Source: Mobula hypostoma (taxonomy: Eukaryota). From it: a DNA stretch of 64,000 bases. The position numbers and the translations under genes are program-made. Below, piece after piece: positions 12,601 to 26,148 of the stretch (position 1 is the stretch's first letter; every line of letters starts with the position of its first letter). The stretch covers positions 4,464,001 through 4,528,000 of the forward strand of contig NC_086128.1 of assembly GCF_963921235.1 (NCBI RefSeq). The letters run 5' to 3'. Below the pieces are notes generated by a model that worked only from the letters and a program-made list of their open reading frames with translations, had not been told where the DNA came from and searched no databases.

Positions 12601-14480
12601 TGAAGCCTCACTTGGAATATTATAAGCAGTTTTGGGCCCCTTATTTAAGAAAGGATGTGCTGACATTGGAGAGGGTTCAAAGGATGTTCATGAAAATGAC
12701 CCCGGAAATGAAAAGGTTAATATATGAGGTGTATTTGATGGCTCTGGGCCTGTACTTGCTGGGATTTAAAAAGATGGGTGGGTGGGGAGTCTCATTGAAA
12801 CCTACTGAACATTGAAAGATCTGGATAGTGAATTTTATCATATTATGATCACTTTCCCTGATAGGCTCTCTTACCTTGAGCTCTCTAATCAATTCTGGTT
12901 CTTTGCAAAACACCCTATCCAGAATAACTGATACTCTAGTCTGCCCAACCACGAGCTGCTCTGAAAAACCATCTCGTAGGCACTCTAGAAATCCTACCTC
13001 CTGTAACCTGACACCAACCTGATTTTCCCAAACTACCTGTATATTGAAGTCCCCCCAAGACTGCTGTAACATTGCCCTTTTGGCTTTCATTTTCTATCTT
13101 CCATTGTAACTTGGAGGCAACATCCTAACTACTGTTTGGGCATCTGTACAGAAGTTCCATCAGGGACTTTTTACCCTTGCAGTTCCACACTCTATCCACA
13201 GTGGTTCAACACCTTCTGACCCTAGGCCACCTCTTTCTAATGAGTATTTTCTGAGTATGCCATCAAGTAAACAAATCTCAGGGTTGTATATCGTGAAATA
13301 TATCAATTTTGATAATAAATTCACTTGAACTTTGAACAGATATCGTGAGAGTTTCTGTCTTAAGATGTTTGTTCCAAATTCCATCCATGCATTGTGGATT
13401 TTTTTCCTGCTATCGCATCCTGTACTCCAAAGTTTTGCATTAAATCTGTAACATTGGTCATATACATTTCTTCGATTTGGAAAGTTTATAGATGCCTACA
13501 ATCATAGAACCACGCATGATATGGCACACCAGTGTCAGGTCTCCCCTCAGCTTTTATCTCCTCGATACCAAAGGGTCAGCTATAATGTAAAATAATTTAA
13601 CGAGAAACCTCACGATTTTTCAGTGCATTTAAAGTGAAGTAGGTGGTTCCATCACCAATGAAGCACGTAGGTAGTGTGATGATCTGAGAGGATGCAAGCA
13701 TTTCCTGAGATCAACAGAACTCGTAATGTCACTGTAGGGTGCGGGAGAGATATTTAGAGAGAGGAACACAGAGAGAGGGAGAGGAAAAACTAGCAGAAAG
13801 TGATACAGGGTGACATGTTTATTGGTGACAGAGCATGTGAAATGATTAGATTAGATGATGGGAGGGAGTTATATACAGAGAGGGAGCTAACCGTGAGTGG
13901 GATAGAGAGAAAGGGGGCAGCAGTGTGATAACTGAAATGAGATCTATTCCGTGTGAATGGGGTCCTGAAAGTCCGAGTGATAGAGTCAGAAAATGAGTGT
14001 GACATGGAGAGAAAGAATTCATATTCTGATATAGTCAAATTATCTGGGTAAAGTTCGGATCCGATCCTTCACATTACTTAGCATAATATCTCCAATGAAT
14101 TACATTAAAGTAAAATCCAGAGTTTACTCACATGAACCTGCTCCGAAAGTTTCACCAGGTCCAGAGGCTTGGTTTTCAACGACAGCCTCTCAGTCGCACA
14201 CTGTCGGGGGAGGCGGCCACCCTGAGACAGAAGATACCAACGTTACTGATAATCCCACCACACAGAAACACCGGGAGAACAGACTATTTGTTAACAACGA
14301 ACAGCCAGGGACTGTCAGGACCCGTCTCTGGGAGTGGGTTCAACTCACCATTTCATTCAGTTTGCCCAGAGTCTCTGTGTTGAGAACTTGCAGTAACCGC
14401 AGCCTCTCACAGCCCAGGGTCAGGGTCACGGTCAAAAACAGCCACACACTGCAAACTCTCCAAACTCGGCCCAATGCCAT
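9659..14480 (-). CDS. Type I interferon gene B, 4 exons, 186 aa
   Basis: Exons 14349-14480 (MALGRVWRVCSVWLFLTVTLTLGCERLRLLQVLNTETLGKLNEM), 14132-14221 (GGRLPRQCATERLSLKTKPLDLVKLSEQVH), 9844-10083 (AQERIW...KYFHVLREFLKQK), 9659-9757 (RFTACAWEITRAETRAHLQQHLLIMAKISRGH*). GT-AG phase-0 introns; 4 mature cysteines; NLS glycosylation sequon. Confidence 0.94.
10745..13245. mobile_element. Decayed CR1 fragments in intron 2 of gene B (mirrored at ~57781-60281 in G)
   Basis: RT and endonuclease peptides (YKALVRPHSEYCEQFWAP; GDFNIQVVW...FLECLRDGF) on both strands, frameshifted. Confidence 0.85.
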
Positions 14481-14664
14481 CTTCACCCGACACAGAATAA
14501 AGCACCGATATGAGACTAGAATCAGCTCCGAAAACCGGTCTTGTTCGCCGACTGGAACTCAGGATATAGAAACGCCGCGGCTTGTGATCCGGGAGCGGAC
14601 GCCGGTGCTGCCGAGTCCTGTGTCTGGGGATCGTGCTCTGAGCTCTCTCTGCCATACTGCCGGA

Positions 14665-14811
14665 TTTTATATGTTAAAATCCGAAAATGGGTGACATTCG
14701 AAAAGTGAAATGAGTGCGGGATATTTGGGAACGCGTCGGGAGAGAGCGACCTCCGCTCCGAAGGAAGGAATCTGAAAGCGGGAGAGTCCCGCAGCAACGA
14801 CGGGAAAATCC
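14665..14811 (-). promoter_or_regulatory. Gene B promoter: TATA box, ATF/AP-1-like, IRF and two NF-kB-like sites
   Basis: TATAAAA (rc 14665-14671). On the + strand: TGACAT 14692-14697, GAAAAGTGAAA 14700-14710, GAATCTGAAAG 14768-14778, GGGAGAGTCCC 14780-14790, GGGAAAATCC 14802-14811. Confidence 0.8.
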
Positions 14812-15665
14812 GCCACCGGAGAGAACAAGCAGTGTCCAGGCTCCGGACTTCATGCGTTCGTTCAGTTCGGGGGTCCAAGGGGTTGTGGAAGGAGGGTCAG
14901 CTTTAGCAGGGGACGAGGGTAGGTTTGCGAACGTGACTGTGTCCGCACAACTGTGGGGCTACAAATCCGGGTTACAGCAATACCGCACCTTTCAGCGCTG
15001 ATCTTCGAATCCACACAGAGAGATTTTGTTAAACACAAACAAAAAAGCTTGAGGAACTCAGCAGATGAAGCAGCATCTATTGAAATAAATGAACAGTCGA
15101 CATTTCGGGTCGAGACCCGTTCAGCATCAGTAGAATCTCTTGTGTTTAGATTCTGTTAAGACACCAAGCTTCATTAAAACCACGTCGCATGGTGGTCAGT
15201 GCAGAAAGGCTAGGTCACAGCCGAAAACTTCTATAGTTTTGATTAAAAACAATGATATTTTTGTTGACTGTATTCTTTACAGAAGATATTTCTGTTTATC
15301 TTTTAAATTCAATCGTTTGGACACCGAGGCCAGAGGCGATCCCGAGCCTGATCTCTTTTCTTACTTGCCGCTACTCCCGGGAACGTCTTCGGGTCCGTTC
15401 GCAACTTTCGGGACAAGAAAGGGTTTCGTTACTTCCACAATTAGACGTGTTTGTAAATGAGCAAGTAAAACTACAAATCATAAACACCAAAAATTCTGCA
15501 GATGCTGGAACTCCAAATCAATACACACAAAATACTGGAGGAATTCAGCAGGTTATGCAGCATTTATAAAGAGTTGATGTTTCGGGCCGAGGCCCTTCAT
15601 CAGGTCTGAATGAGTCCATGAGTGCTAACGAAGGTTCTCGGCCTGAAACATCGACTGTTTATTCC

Positions 15666-15666
<1 letters not shown>

Positions 15667-15700
<34 letters not shown>
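15667..15700. repeat. (TG)17 microsatellite
   Basis: Direct reading; lies inside a Penelope-derived fold-back element (~15484-15735). Confidence 0.95.
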
Positions 15701-15705
<5 letters not shown>

Positions 15706-17824
15706 CTGGATTTCCAGCATCTACAAAATCCTTTTTGTCTCATGTTCTTGATACTTTTTACTTATTTAATTGTTATTATTATTTTGCATTTGCATAGCTT
15801 GTTGTATTTTGCACGTTGGTTGTTTGATCGTCTTTGCTATGTGCGGTTTTTCATTGATTCTATTGTATTTCTTTGCAGTTACTGTGAATGCCCGCAAGAT
15901 AATGAATCTCAGGGTTATATGTGGTGACATATATGTACTTTGATAATAAAGTTACCTTCACCTTTGAATCCTGATAGCGATCCCGAGCGTGATCCATTTT
16001 CTTTCTTGCTGCTGTTCCGGGAAAAGCTCTGGCCCCGCTTGCCAGGCAGAAGCGAAACCGTCACGGGGCAAGTGACGGGTTCGTCACTACCGAAAGTGGC
16101 GGTGATTGTACATTAGTAAATAAAACTCTAGTTGCTAGAATATGAAATGTCTAATTCTCAACCTGTTCATGATAACAGTGACCTTCTCCACTGCCATACT
16201 GTGGCCCAATATAAACTAAAAGATCAACACCTGTCTTCCGTCTTGGTACTATTACATGTTGCTTCGATTATTGAACTTCTGAATCTCGTTGCTTCTTTAC
16301 TTCAGGTTCATCCCTTCTTTATTCAACTGGGGAATATGAAGATGAAAAGGAAGAGATTGTGTCCGTGTATGGTGCAGGAAATAGAAAATTGAGACATTTA
16401 ATTTCAAAGTGTATTCACTTTGAGCGACCAATAATAACAGGGAAGATGAAGAAGTTTGAAATATTATATTTAGTGAGGAAGATCAGAATATATATTACTC
16501 CCAGAATATGCCATATTAAAGCGCTTAATATATACATCTATACTCATTGTTTGATTTAAAAAATATTGTTCATTGCTTAACTCTCAATAGCAATAAATAA
16601 GCAACGTTTGAACTACACGCACAGGTTAAAAATCACTATAAATATAATTAAATAAAGGGAATTTAGCTGGGAGAACAAGGATATATTCATTACTGTGGGT
16701 TCGGGATGAACTCGATAAAACGAGCTCTGCAAACCCAGTACCTGAGAAAGCTCAGTGTAGTTTCGGACATTCCCAATTGTAGCAGTGACAATGGAGGAAG
16801 AATTTGCAGGAAATGAATGACACTTAAACAGATGGCCTTTTTTTCAAGGGGAATAAACCCGACAACACCCTAGCTCAAAATGTTCACACTAAAGCAAGTT
16901 GGACAAAAATTGAATACACGAGAGATTCTCCCCCGACATTCTTATTCTGGCATCTTCCCCCCTTCCATTCCATGAAGGATCACAGCCCGGAACATTGATT
17001 GCTTATTGATTTCCATAGATGCTGCCTGACCTGCTGCATTCCTCCAGCATTTTAGACCATAAGATATAGGAGCAGAAGTAGGTCATTCGGCTCCGCCATT
17101 CAATCATGGGCTGATCCAATTCTTCCAGTCATCCCCACTCCCCTGCCTTCTCCCCATACACTTTGATGCCCTGACCAATCAAGAACCTATCTCTGCCTTA
17201 AATACACCCATTGACTTGGCCTCCACAGCCGCTCATGGCAACAAATTCCACAGATTTACCACCCTCTGACTAAAGTAATTTCTCCTCATCTCTGTTCTAA
17301 AGGGACGTCCTTCAATCCTGAGGTCGTGCCCTAAATTTTGTGTGTGCTGCCCTGGATAAAAAGCGCAACATACCATATATTCAACAAAATTGTAGGAAAT
17401 AAATTGTTACCCAGATCACCATTCAGCTGGAACTGACATAGAGCAAGGATAACAAAAAAAAAATGCCGAGAGGTGGTGAGAGTAAGGAGCCTTCACTGGA
17501 AATGGAAGATTGCATTGCAGTGCTGTCATAAAAGAGAGGACAGAAACCGAATCACTGAAAGAAGGATAAAGATCCATACTTTCTATGTTCCTGTTACATG
17601 GCCAAGTGAAAATCGCAACAATACAACAGAACTTCAGCTTGATGAGGATTCGTATGTTAATTTTTAGACCGTAGATATCAACCCAGTTTTCCTCTCCACG
17701 CGCATTGCCACACAAATTCTGCACCAAATTTTCAGCATTTGAAATATTTTTCTCTGTAATCCTTTGACATAAATAACAATAACCATCAATCTTAGTCCCT
17801 GATGTAGTTGTCTCTGCAAAATCT

Positions 17825-18247
17825 TCACGGATCTCTGCTGATTTTTGCCATAATGAGAAGGTGCTGTTGTAGATGTGCTCTGGTCTCAGCGTGGGTTATT
17901 TCCCAGGCACAGGCAGTGAATCTCTGAAAGAGAGAAAATGAAATACGTTATATAATAAACCAATATCAATTGTTTGAAATAATGTGCTGGTGATCACGTT
18001 AATTCACCTTCTGTTTCAGAAACTCCCTCAGTACATGAGAGTATTTAAGAATTGCGGCATTCTTCCTTGGTTTGGACTCTGAGCCTGGTTTCCGGACACA
18101 GACATCCAGCTCTTTGAGCTGCCGATCCAAGAGAAGCCTGAAGTGTTCCACTGAGCTCTGGACCCACGTGACTGAGCTCAGGTTCAAACTGTAGATCCTG
18201 CGGAGGTGATACAGGGTCTGATGGACAATCCAGATCCTTTCCTGCGC
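17825..18247 (-). pseudogene. Type I interferon copy C: exons 3-4 only (exons 1-2 not found)
   Basis: Exon 3 18008-18247 and exon 4 17825-17923 (RFTACAWEITHAETRAHLQQHLLIMAKISRDP*) are open with intact splice sites. Its promoter/5'UTR survives at ~25856-26170 but abuts CR1 sequence; I could not find the exon 1 CDS or exon 2 between 18250 and 25856. Confidence 0.8.
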
Positions 18248-18786
18248 CTGTGCAAAACACACATGGTGATATTAGATAGGTTCTGATGCTAATAAGCTTT
18301 AGAACTAAATTAGAATGCTATGTAGCTGAATAGAATAGCGTATTAAACATCCGTATCAAGCAATCAGCACCCAGAAGAAAGACTGCTAACTTCTGTGATC
18401 TGAAAGAAGTTTAGAGCTATGTGATCTGCAATTGGTACTCAAGCTATGAACAGGGTGTGAACAAATAGCCGTGAGTAAGGCATCAGGTGAAGGACAGAAT
18501 GACAGGACTCGACAGAATGTGGGACCTATTATGAAGAGTAGCATCAATGCTGCAGGACATCAGTTACATGGAGAGATTCGGGGAACGAGGGCTGTTCTGC
18601 TTTAGCTAGGGGTGGCGAGGGGGAGATTTTATAGACATATGTCATCTCATGAAGGGGAAATCAAGCAGGTAGGTGGAAAAAAATGTCTGATCTGAACGGA
18701 ATGTTTAAAAGAATCAGCGGTAACTTACAAAGAGAGCAGCATAAACAATTATTTATCAACTATGTTGGCACAAGGAAATAGAGTTT

Positions 18787-21712
18787 AGAAACATAGAAAC
18801 ATAGAAAATAGGTGCAGGAGTAGGGTATTTGGCCCTTCGAGCCTGCACCGCCACTTATTATGATCATGGCTGATCATCCAATTTAGAACCCTGAACCAGC
18901 CTTCCCTCCATACCCACTGATCCCCGTAGCCACAAGGGCCATATCTAACTCCCTCTTAAATATAGCCAATGAACTGGCCTCAACTGTTTCCTGTGGCAGA
19001 GAATTCCACAGATTCACCACTCTCTGTGTGAAGAAGTTTTTCCTAATCTCGGTCCTAAAAGGCTTCCCCTTTATCCTCAAACTGTGACCCCTCGTTTTGG
19101 ACTTCCCCAACATCGGGAACAATCTTCCTGCATCTAGCCTGTCCAATCCCTTTAGGATTTTATACGTTTCAATCAGATCCCCCCTCAATCTTCTAAATTC
19201 CAACGAGTACAAGCCTAGTTCATCCAGTCTTGCTTCATATGAAAGTCCTGCCATCCCAGGAATCAATCTGGTGAACCTTCTTTGTACTCCCTCTATGGCA
19301 AGGATGTCTTTCCTCAGATTAGGGGACCAAAACTGCACACAATACTCCAGGTGTGGTCTCACCAAGGCCTTGTACAACTGCAGTAGTACCTCCCTGCTCC
19401 TGTACTCGAATCCTCTTGCTATGAATGCCAGCATACCATTCGCCTTTTTCACCGCCTGCTGTACCTGCATGCCCACTTTCAATGACTGGTGTATAATGAC
19501 ACCCAGGTCTCGTTGCACCTCCACTTTTCCTAATCGACCACCATTCAGATAATAATCTGTTTTCCTATTTTTGCCACCAAAGTGGATAACTTCACATTTA
19601 TCCACATTAAATTGCATCTGCCATGAATTTGCCCACTCACCCAACCTATCCAAGTCACCCTGCATCCTCTTAGCATCCTCCTCACAGCTAACACTGCCAC
19701 CCAGCTTCCTGTCATCTGCAAACTTGGAGATGCTGCATTTAATTCCCTCATCCAAGTCATTAATATATATTGTAAACAACTGGGGTCCCAGCACTGAGCC
19801 TTGCGGTACCCCACTAGTCACTGCCTGCCATTCTGAAAAGGTCCCGTTTATTCCCACTCTTTGCTTCCTGTCTGCTAACCAATTCTCTATCCACATCAAT
19901 ACCTTACCCCCAATACCGTGTGCTTTAAGTTTGCACACTAATCTCCTGTGTGGGACCTTGTCAAAAGCCTTTTGAAAATCCAAATATACCACATCCACTG
20001 GTTCTCCCCTATCCACTCTACTAGTTACATCCTCAAAAACTTCTATGAGATTCGTCAGACATGATTTTCCTTTCACAAATCCATGCTGACTTTGTCCGAT
20101 GATTTCACCGCTTTCCAAATGTGCTGTTATCACATCTTTGATAACTGACTCCAGCAGTTTCCCCACCACCGACGTTAGGCTAACCGGTCTATAATTCCCT
20201 GGTTTCTCTCTTCCTCCTTTTTTAAAAAGTGGGGTTACATTAGCCACCCTCCAATCCTCAGGAACTAGTCCAGAATCTAACGAGTTTTGAAAAATTATCA
20301 CTAATGCATCCACTATTTCTTGGGTTACTTCCTTAAGCACTCTGGGATGCAGACCATCTGGCCCTGGGGATTTATCCGCCTTTAATCCCTTCAATTTACC
20401 TAACACCACTTCCCTACTAACATGTATTTCGCTCAGTTCCTCCATCTCACTGGACCCTCTGTCCCCTACTATTTCGGGAAGATTATTTATGTCCTCCTTA
20501 GTGAAGACAGAACCAAAGTAATTATTCAATTGGTCTGCCATGTCCTTGCTCCCCATAATCAATTCACCTGTTTCTGTCTGTAGGGGACCTACATTTGTCT
20601 TTACCAGTCTTTTCTTTTTTACATATCTATAAAAGCTTGTACAGTCAGTTTTTATGTTCCCTGCCAGTTTTCTCTCATAATCTTTTTTCCCCTTCCTAAT
20701 TAAGCCCTTTGTCCTTCTCTGCTGAACTCTGAATTTCTCCCAGTCCTCAGGTGAGCCACTTTTTCTGGCAAATTTGTATGCTTCTTCTTTGGAATTGATA
20801 CTATCCCTAATTTCTCTTGTCAGCCACAGGTGCACTACCTTCCTTGATTTATTCTTTTGCCAAACTGGGATGAACAATTGTTGTAGTTCATCCATGCAAT
20901 CTTTAAATGCTTGCCATTGCATATCCACCGTCAATCCTTGAAGTGTCATTTGCCAGTCTATCTTAGCAAATTCACGTCTCATACCTTCAAAGTTACCCCT
21001 TTTTAAATTCAGAACCTTTGTTTCTGAATTAACTATGTCACTCTCCATCTTAATGAAGAATTCCACCATATTATGGTCACTCTTACCCAAGGGGCCTCTC
21101 ACGACAAGATTGCTAATTAACCCTTCCTCATTGCTCAAAACCCAGTCTAGAATAGCCTACTCTCTAGTTGGTTCCTCGACATGTTGGTTCAAAAAACCAT
21201 CCCGCATACATTCCAAGAAATCCTCTTCCTCAGCACCTTTACTAATTTGGTTCACCCAATCTACATGTAGATTGAAGTCACCCATTATAACTGCTGTTCC
21301 TTTATTGCACACATTTCTAATTTCCTGTTTAATACCATCTCCGACATCACTACTACTGTTAGGTGGCCTGTACACAACTCCCACCAGCGTTTTCTGCCCC
21401 TTAGTGTTATGCAGCTCTACCCATATCGATTCCACATCTTCCCGGCTTATGTCCTTCCTTTCTATTGCGTTAATCTCATCTTTAACCAGCAACGCCACCC
21501 CACCTCATTTTCTTTCATGTCTATCCCTCCTGAATATTGAATATCCCTGAACGTTGAGCTCCCATCCTTGGTCACCCTGGAGCCATGTCTCTGTGAACCC
21601 AACTATGTCATAATCATTAATAACAATCTGCACTTTCAATTCATCCACCTTGTTACGAATGCTCCTTGCATTGACACACAAAGCCTTCAGGTGCTTTTTT
21701 ACAACTCTTAGG
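18787..21712 (-). mobile_element. Young 5'-truncated CR1 LINE (APE endonuclease + reverse transcriptase)
   Basis: ORFs 21157-21498 (GVVYRPP, MGDFN) and 18883-21138 (QHGF, GVPQGSVLGP, SKFADD) are in the same frame, separated by one stop. 3' (TTTCTATG)n tail at 18787-18806. Confidence 0.95.
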
Positions 21713-22384
21713 TGAGGTGGTTAGTGAAATGGGGGACAGGTGATTCAGGGAATAGGAACTGAAAAGCAGAGCCTTGCAAAGTGAGCCCAGACTCCCTATG
21801 TCAGTAATTTGTGGTATCCAATGTACAATGGCCATCGCATATTTTTTTTAAAAAAGCAATAGAACAGTGACATCTTCTACACTTCGGAACTTGAGAAAAT
21901 GCAAGTCACAGAATCGTTGGGCCATGGGGCCACTACATCACAGAAACAGGCCCTGAAGTCTTCTTGGTTCATCCTACCCAACAAGATGCCACCGAAAGAA
22001 ACCCCACTTACTGATAGCTGGTCAGCCGCCGTGGCAACTGAAGAGCTCGTATAGATACTTCTTAAATGTTCTGAGCGATTCTTCCTCCGTCACCCTCTCA
22101 GTGTGTTCAAAATTCCAACTATACACTTGCAGAACATAGTTTCATTTTCCTTATATCCCATCCACACCTTTTACTTTTTGACATAAATCTGTGTAATTTG
22201 CTTTGGGAAAAATTTTATTGCTATCCATGCTAATTGTGCCACCCAGAATTTGGTACACCTCTGTCAAGATCCCCCATGAGCCCTTTGGAGACGGAATCCT
22301 TGTAACCTGCCGTCAGTTCCTTAGTGTAGATTATATCATTCAATCATATGTGGTGGACACCGGTTGTGACATTATTTGAGTAGT

Positions 22385-25300
22385 TGAAGAGATTGTGGGA
22401 CACTAGAAGTGATCTTTCAAGAATTACTGGAGTCAGGAATGCTTTCAGAGGACTGGAAAATTGCAAATATCACTCCATCTTTAAGAAGGGAGGAAGGCAA
22501 AAGACAGGAAATTATAGGCCAAATAGCCTGACTTCAGTGGTAGGCAAAATGTTAGTCTCTATTATTAACGATAAGGTTAAGATGTACTTGGACCACACAA
22601 TATAATAAGCCAAAGGCAGCATGGTTTCCTTATGGCATGAAAGTGAGAGGGAGTAGGCTCAAGGAGGATATGAGGGGTAGGTTTTTTAACTCGGAAAGTT
22701 ATGGATGCCTGAAATATGCTCTCTGTGTGGTGGTAGAGGAAAATGCATGAGAAGCTTTTAACAGATGGTTGGATAAGAACATGGATGTCAGGGTGATGAA
22801 GGGATATCGCCACTGTGCAGGTAGGAAGGATTAGTGTTTAGGTGTTTTTCATTTGCTTTCTAGCTGCTTCAGAATAATATTGTGGGCTGAATGGCCTGTT
22901 GCTGTGCTGACTATTCTATGTTCTATGTTCTAAGATTGGCTGACTGGCAGAAGGCAAATAGTTGGATTAAAGGAAGCCTTTACTGGTTCTTTAGGTATGT
23001 GAAAAGGAAAAAAACAGTTAAGACCAAAATTGAGCCCTTGAAGGCAGAAGCGGGTGAATTTATTATGGCGAACAAGAAAATGGCAGACGAGTTGAATAGG
23101 TACTTTGGATCTGTCTTCATAGAGCAGACGCAAACAATCTCCCAGATGTAATAGTGGCCAAAGGACCTAGGGTAATGGATGAATTGAAGGAAATTTGTAT
23201 TAGGCAGGAAGTGGTGTTGGATAGGCTGTTGGGTCTGAAAGCTGATAAGTCCCCGAGACCTGATGGTCTGCATCCCAGGGTACTTAAGGAGGTGGCTTTA
23301 GAAATCGTGGACGCATTGGTAATCATTTTCAAATGTTCTATAGATTCAGGATCAGTTCCTGTGGATTGGAGGGTGGCTAATGTTTTCCCTCTCTTCAAGA
23401 AGGGAGGAAGAGAGAAAACAGGGAATTATAGACCGGTTAGCCTGACGTCGGTGGTGGGAAAGATGCTGGAGTCAATTATAAAAGATGAAATTATGACACA
23501 TCTGAATAGTAGTAACAGGACTGGTCCGAGTCAGCATGGATTTACGAAGGAGAAATCGTGCTTGACTAATCTTCTGGAATTTTTTGAGGATGTAACTATG
23601 AAAATGGACAAGGGAGAGCCAGTGGATGTAGTGTACCTGGACTTTCAGAAAGCCTTTGATAAAATCCCATATAGGAGATTAGTGGGCAAAGTTAGGGCAG
23701 ATAGTATTGGGGGCAGAGTACTGACATGGATTGAAAATTGGCTGGCTGACAGAAAACAAACAGTAGTGATTAACAGGTCCCTTTTGGAATGGCAGGCGGT
23801 GACCAGTGGGATGCTGCAGGGTTCAATGCTGGGACTGCAGCTGTTTACAATATATATTAATGATTTAGATGAGGGAATTAAAAGTAACATTAGCAAATTT
23901 ACCGATGACACAAAGCTGGGTGGCAGTGTGAAATGTGAGCAGGATGTTATGAGAATGCAGGATGACTTGGACAGGCTGGGTGAGTGGGCAGATGCATGGC
24001 AGATGCAGTTTAATGTGGATAAATGTGAGGTTATCCACTTTGGTGGTAAGAACGGGAAGGCAGATTATTATCTAAATGGATTCAAGTTAGGAAAAGGGGA
24101 AGCACAACGAGATCTAGGTGTTCTTGTACATCAGTCACTGAAAGCAAGCATGCAAGTACAGCAGGCAGTGAAGAAAGCTAATGGCAAGCAGGCCTTCATA
24201 ACAAGGGGAATTGCGTACAAGAGCAAAGAGGTCTTTCTGCAGCTGTACAGGGCCCTGGTGAGACCACACCTGGAGTACTGTGTGCAGTTTTGGTCTCCAG
24301 ATTTGAGGAAGGACATTCTTGTTATTGAGGGAGTGCAGCGTAGGTTCACAAGGTTAATTCCCGGGATGGCGGGACTGTCATATGTCGAAAGCTTGGAGCG
24401 AATGGGCTTGTATACTCTGGCATTTAGAAGGCTGAGAGGGGATCTTATCGAAACATATAAGATTATTAAGGGATTGGACGCGCTGGAGGCAGGAAGCATG
24501 TTCCCGCTGATGGGTGAGTCCAGAACCAGAGACCACAGTTTAAGAATAAGGGGTGGGCCATTTAGAACGGAGTTGAGGAAAAACTTCTTCACCCAGAGAG
24601 TGGTGGATATATGGAATGCTCTGCCCCAGAAGGCTGTGGAGGCCAAGTCTCTGGATGCTTTCAAGAAAGAGATGGATAGAGCTCTTAAAGATAGCGGAAT
24701 CAAAGGTTATGGGGATAAGGCAGGAACTGGATACTGATTGTGGATGATCAGCCATGATCACAGTGAATGGCGGTGCTGGCTCGAAGGGCCGAATAGCCTA
24801 CTCCTGCAACTATTGTCTATTGTCTATTGGTTGACTGCCGGTGACGAGTGATGGTCCGCAAGGTTGCTAACGGGTCTGCTAATTTTCACATTATACGTTA
24901 ATGATCTGGATGATAGAATCGATGACTTTGAGGACATGTTTGTGGGTGACACAAAGATGAGTGGAGGGGCAGGTAATGCTGAGGAAGAAGCGAGGCTGCA
25001 GAAGGACTTAGACATAGCCGAATAGGCAAAGACGTGGTAGATGGAACGCAGTGAAGGGTAGTGTATGGTAGTACACCTTGGTAGAAGGAATAAAGGCTAT
25101 TTTCTAAAGGGGGCAAATTCTGAAATCAGAATTGAAAGGAGTCTTGGGATGCCCAGTATAAGGTTCCCTAAAGGTTAACTTGCAGGTTGAGTTTGTCGTA
25201 AGGAAAGCAAGTACATTTCGAGGGTTCAAGAGTATAAAGCAAACACGTGACGCTGAGGATTTATAAGGCATTGGTCACACTATAGTTGAGTATTGTGAAC

Positions 25301-25845
25301 ATTTTCCGGTCCCATATCTAAGAAAGGATGCGCTGGTGTAGGGGTGCGTTCAGAGAAGGCTTGCGAGGATGATCCGGGAACGAAAGGACTAACGTATGAG
25401 GGGTGTTTGATGGCTCTGGGTCTGTACTCGCTGGAGTTTAGGAAAAAGCGGGAGTATTTTAATTGAAACCTCCTCAATATTGAAAGGCCTAGGTAGAGTG
25501 GATGTGGACAGAATATATCCTATCGTAGGGGTGTCTAGGGAACTGAAGGCACACCTACAGAATAGAAGGACGTCCCTTTAGAGCAGGGTTTATGTAGAAT
25601 TTCTTAAGCCAGTAGGTGTAAATCTTTGAGATTCATTCCCATAGACTTCTATAGAGGCCAAATGATGGGTTATATTTAAAGTGTATGTTGATAGATGCTT
25701 AATTAGCAAGGGCGTCAAAGTTAGTGGGCAGAAGACATGAGAATGTGCTTGAGAGGGAAAATCAAATATCAGCCATGATCGGATGGCGGACTAAACTCGA
25801 TAGCCGATCGGCTTAATTCTGCTCCTATATCTTTAAGTATGATGT
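22385..25845 (+). mobile_element. Older decayed CR1 host element(s), including another CR1 3' end at ~22640-22932
   Basis: FKKGGRQKTGNYRPNSLTSVVGKML remnant; RT continues after 24832; (TTCTATG)n tail at ~22915-22932. Confidence 0.75.
22989..24827 (+). mobile_element. Young 5'-truncated CR1 LINE nested in an older CR1
   Basis: 527-aa RT ORF 23154-24737 (SKFTDD); (CTATTGT)n tail; probable TGGTT duplication at 22984-22988 and 24828-24832 interrupting an older CR1 RT. Confidence 0.92.
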
Positions 25846-25855
25846 ACTAAAGGAC

Positions 25856-26148
25856 CTGAGACCAGAATCAACTCCGAAAACGGGTCCTGATTGTCGTCTG
25901 GTACTCAGGACAAGGAAATGCCGCGGCTTGTGATCCGGGAGCGGACGCCGGTGCTGCCGAGACCTGTGGCTGGGGATCGTGTTGTGAGCTCCCTCTGCCA
26001 TGCTGCCGGATTTTATATGTTAAAATCCGAAAATTGGTGACATTCGGAAAGTTAAACGACCACGGGATATTTGGGAGCGTTTCGGGAGAGAACTCTGAAG
26101 TAAGGAATCTGAAAGCGGGAGAGTCCCGCAGCAGCGACGGGAAAATCC
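25856..26148 (-). promoter_or_regulatory. Orphan promoter and partial 5'UTR of copy C
   Basis: TATA 26011-26017 and both kB-like sites retained; the proximal IRF site is altered (GGAAAGTTAAAC). 5'UTR homology ends at ~25856 against a CR1 3' end. Confidence 0.75.

Larger units (their letters stand above)
9697..14865. repeat. Left arm of ~5.17 kb inverted duplication (partner 56161-61329)
   Basis: The ORFs lying inside this span recur with identical translation on the opposite strand at constant coordinate sum 71026; ends read by eye at the first mismatches. Confidence 0.93.

Noticed and set aside
14095-14694. 110-199 aa ORFs (PRVSVLRTCSNRSLSQ...) recurring in several copies
   Set aside because: Antisense shadow of IFN exons 1-2 and the GC-rich 5' UTR; start and length vary between copies; no recognisable domain.
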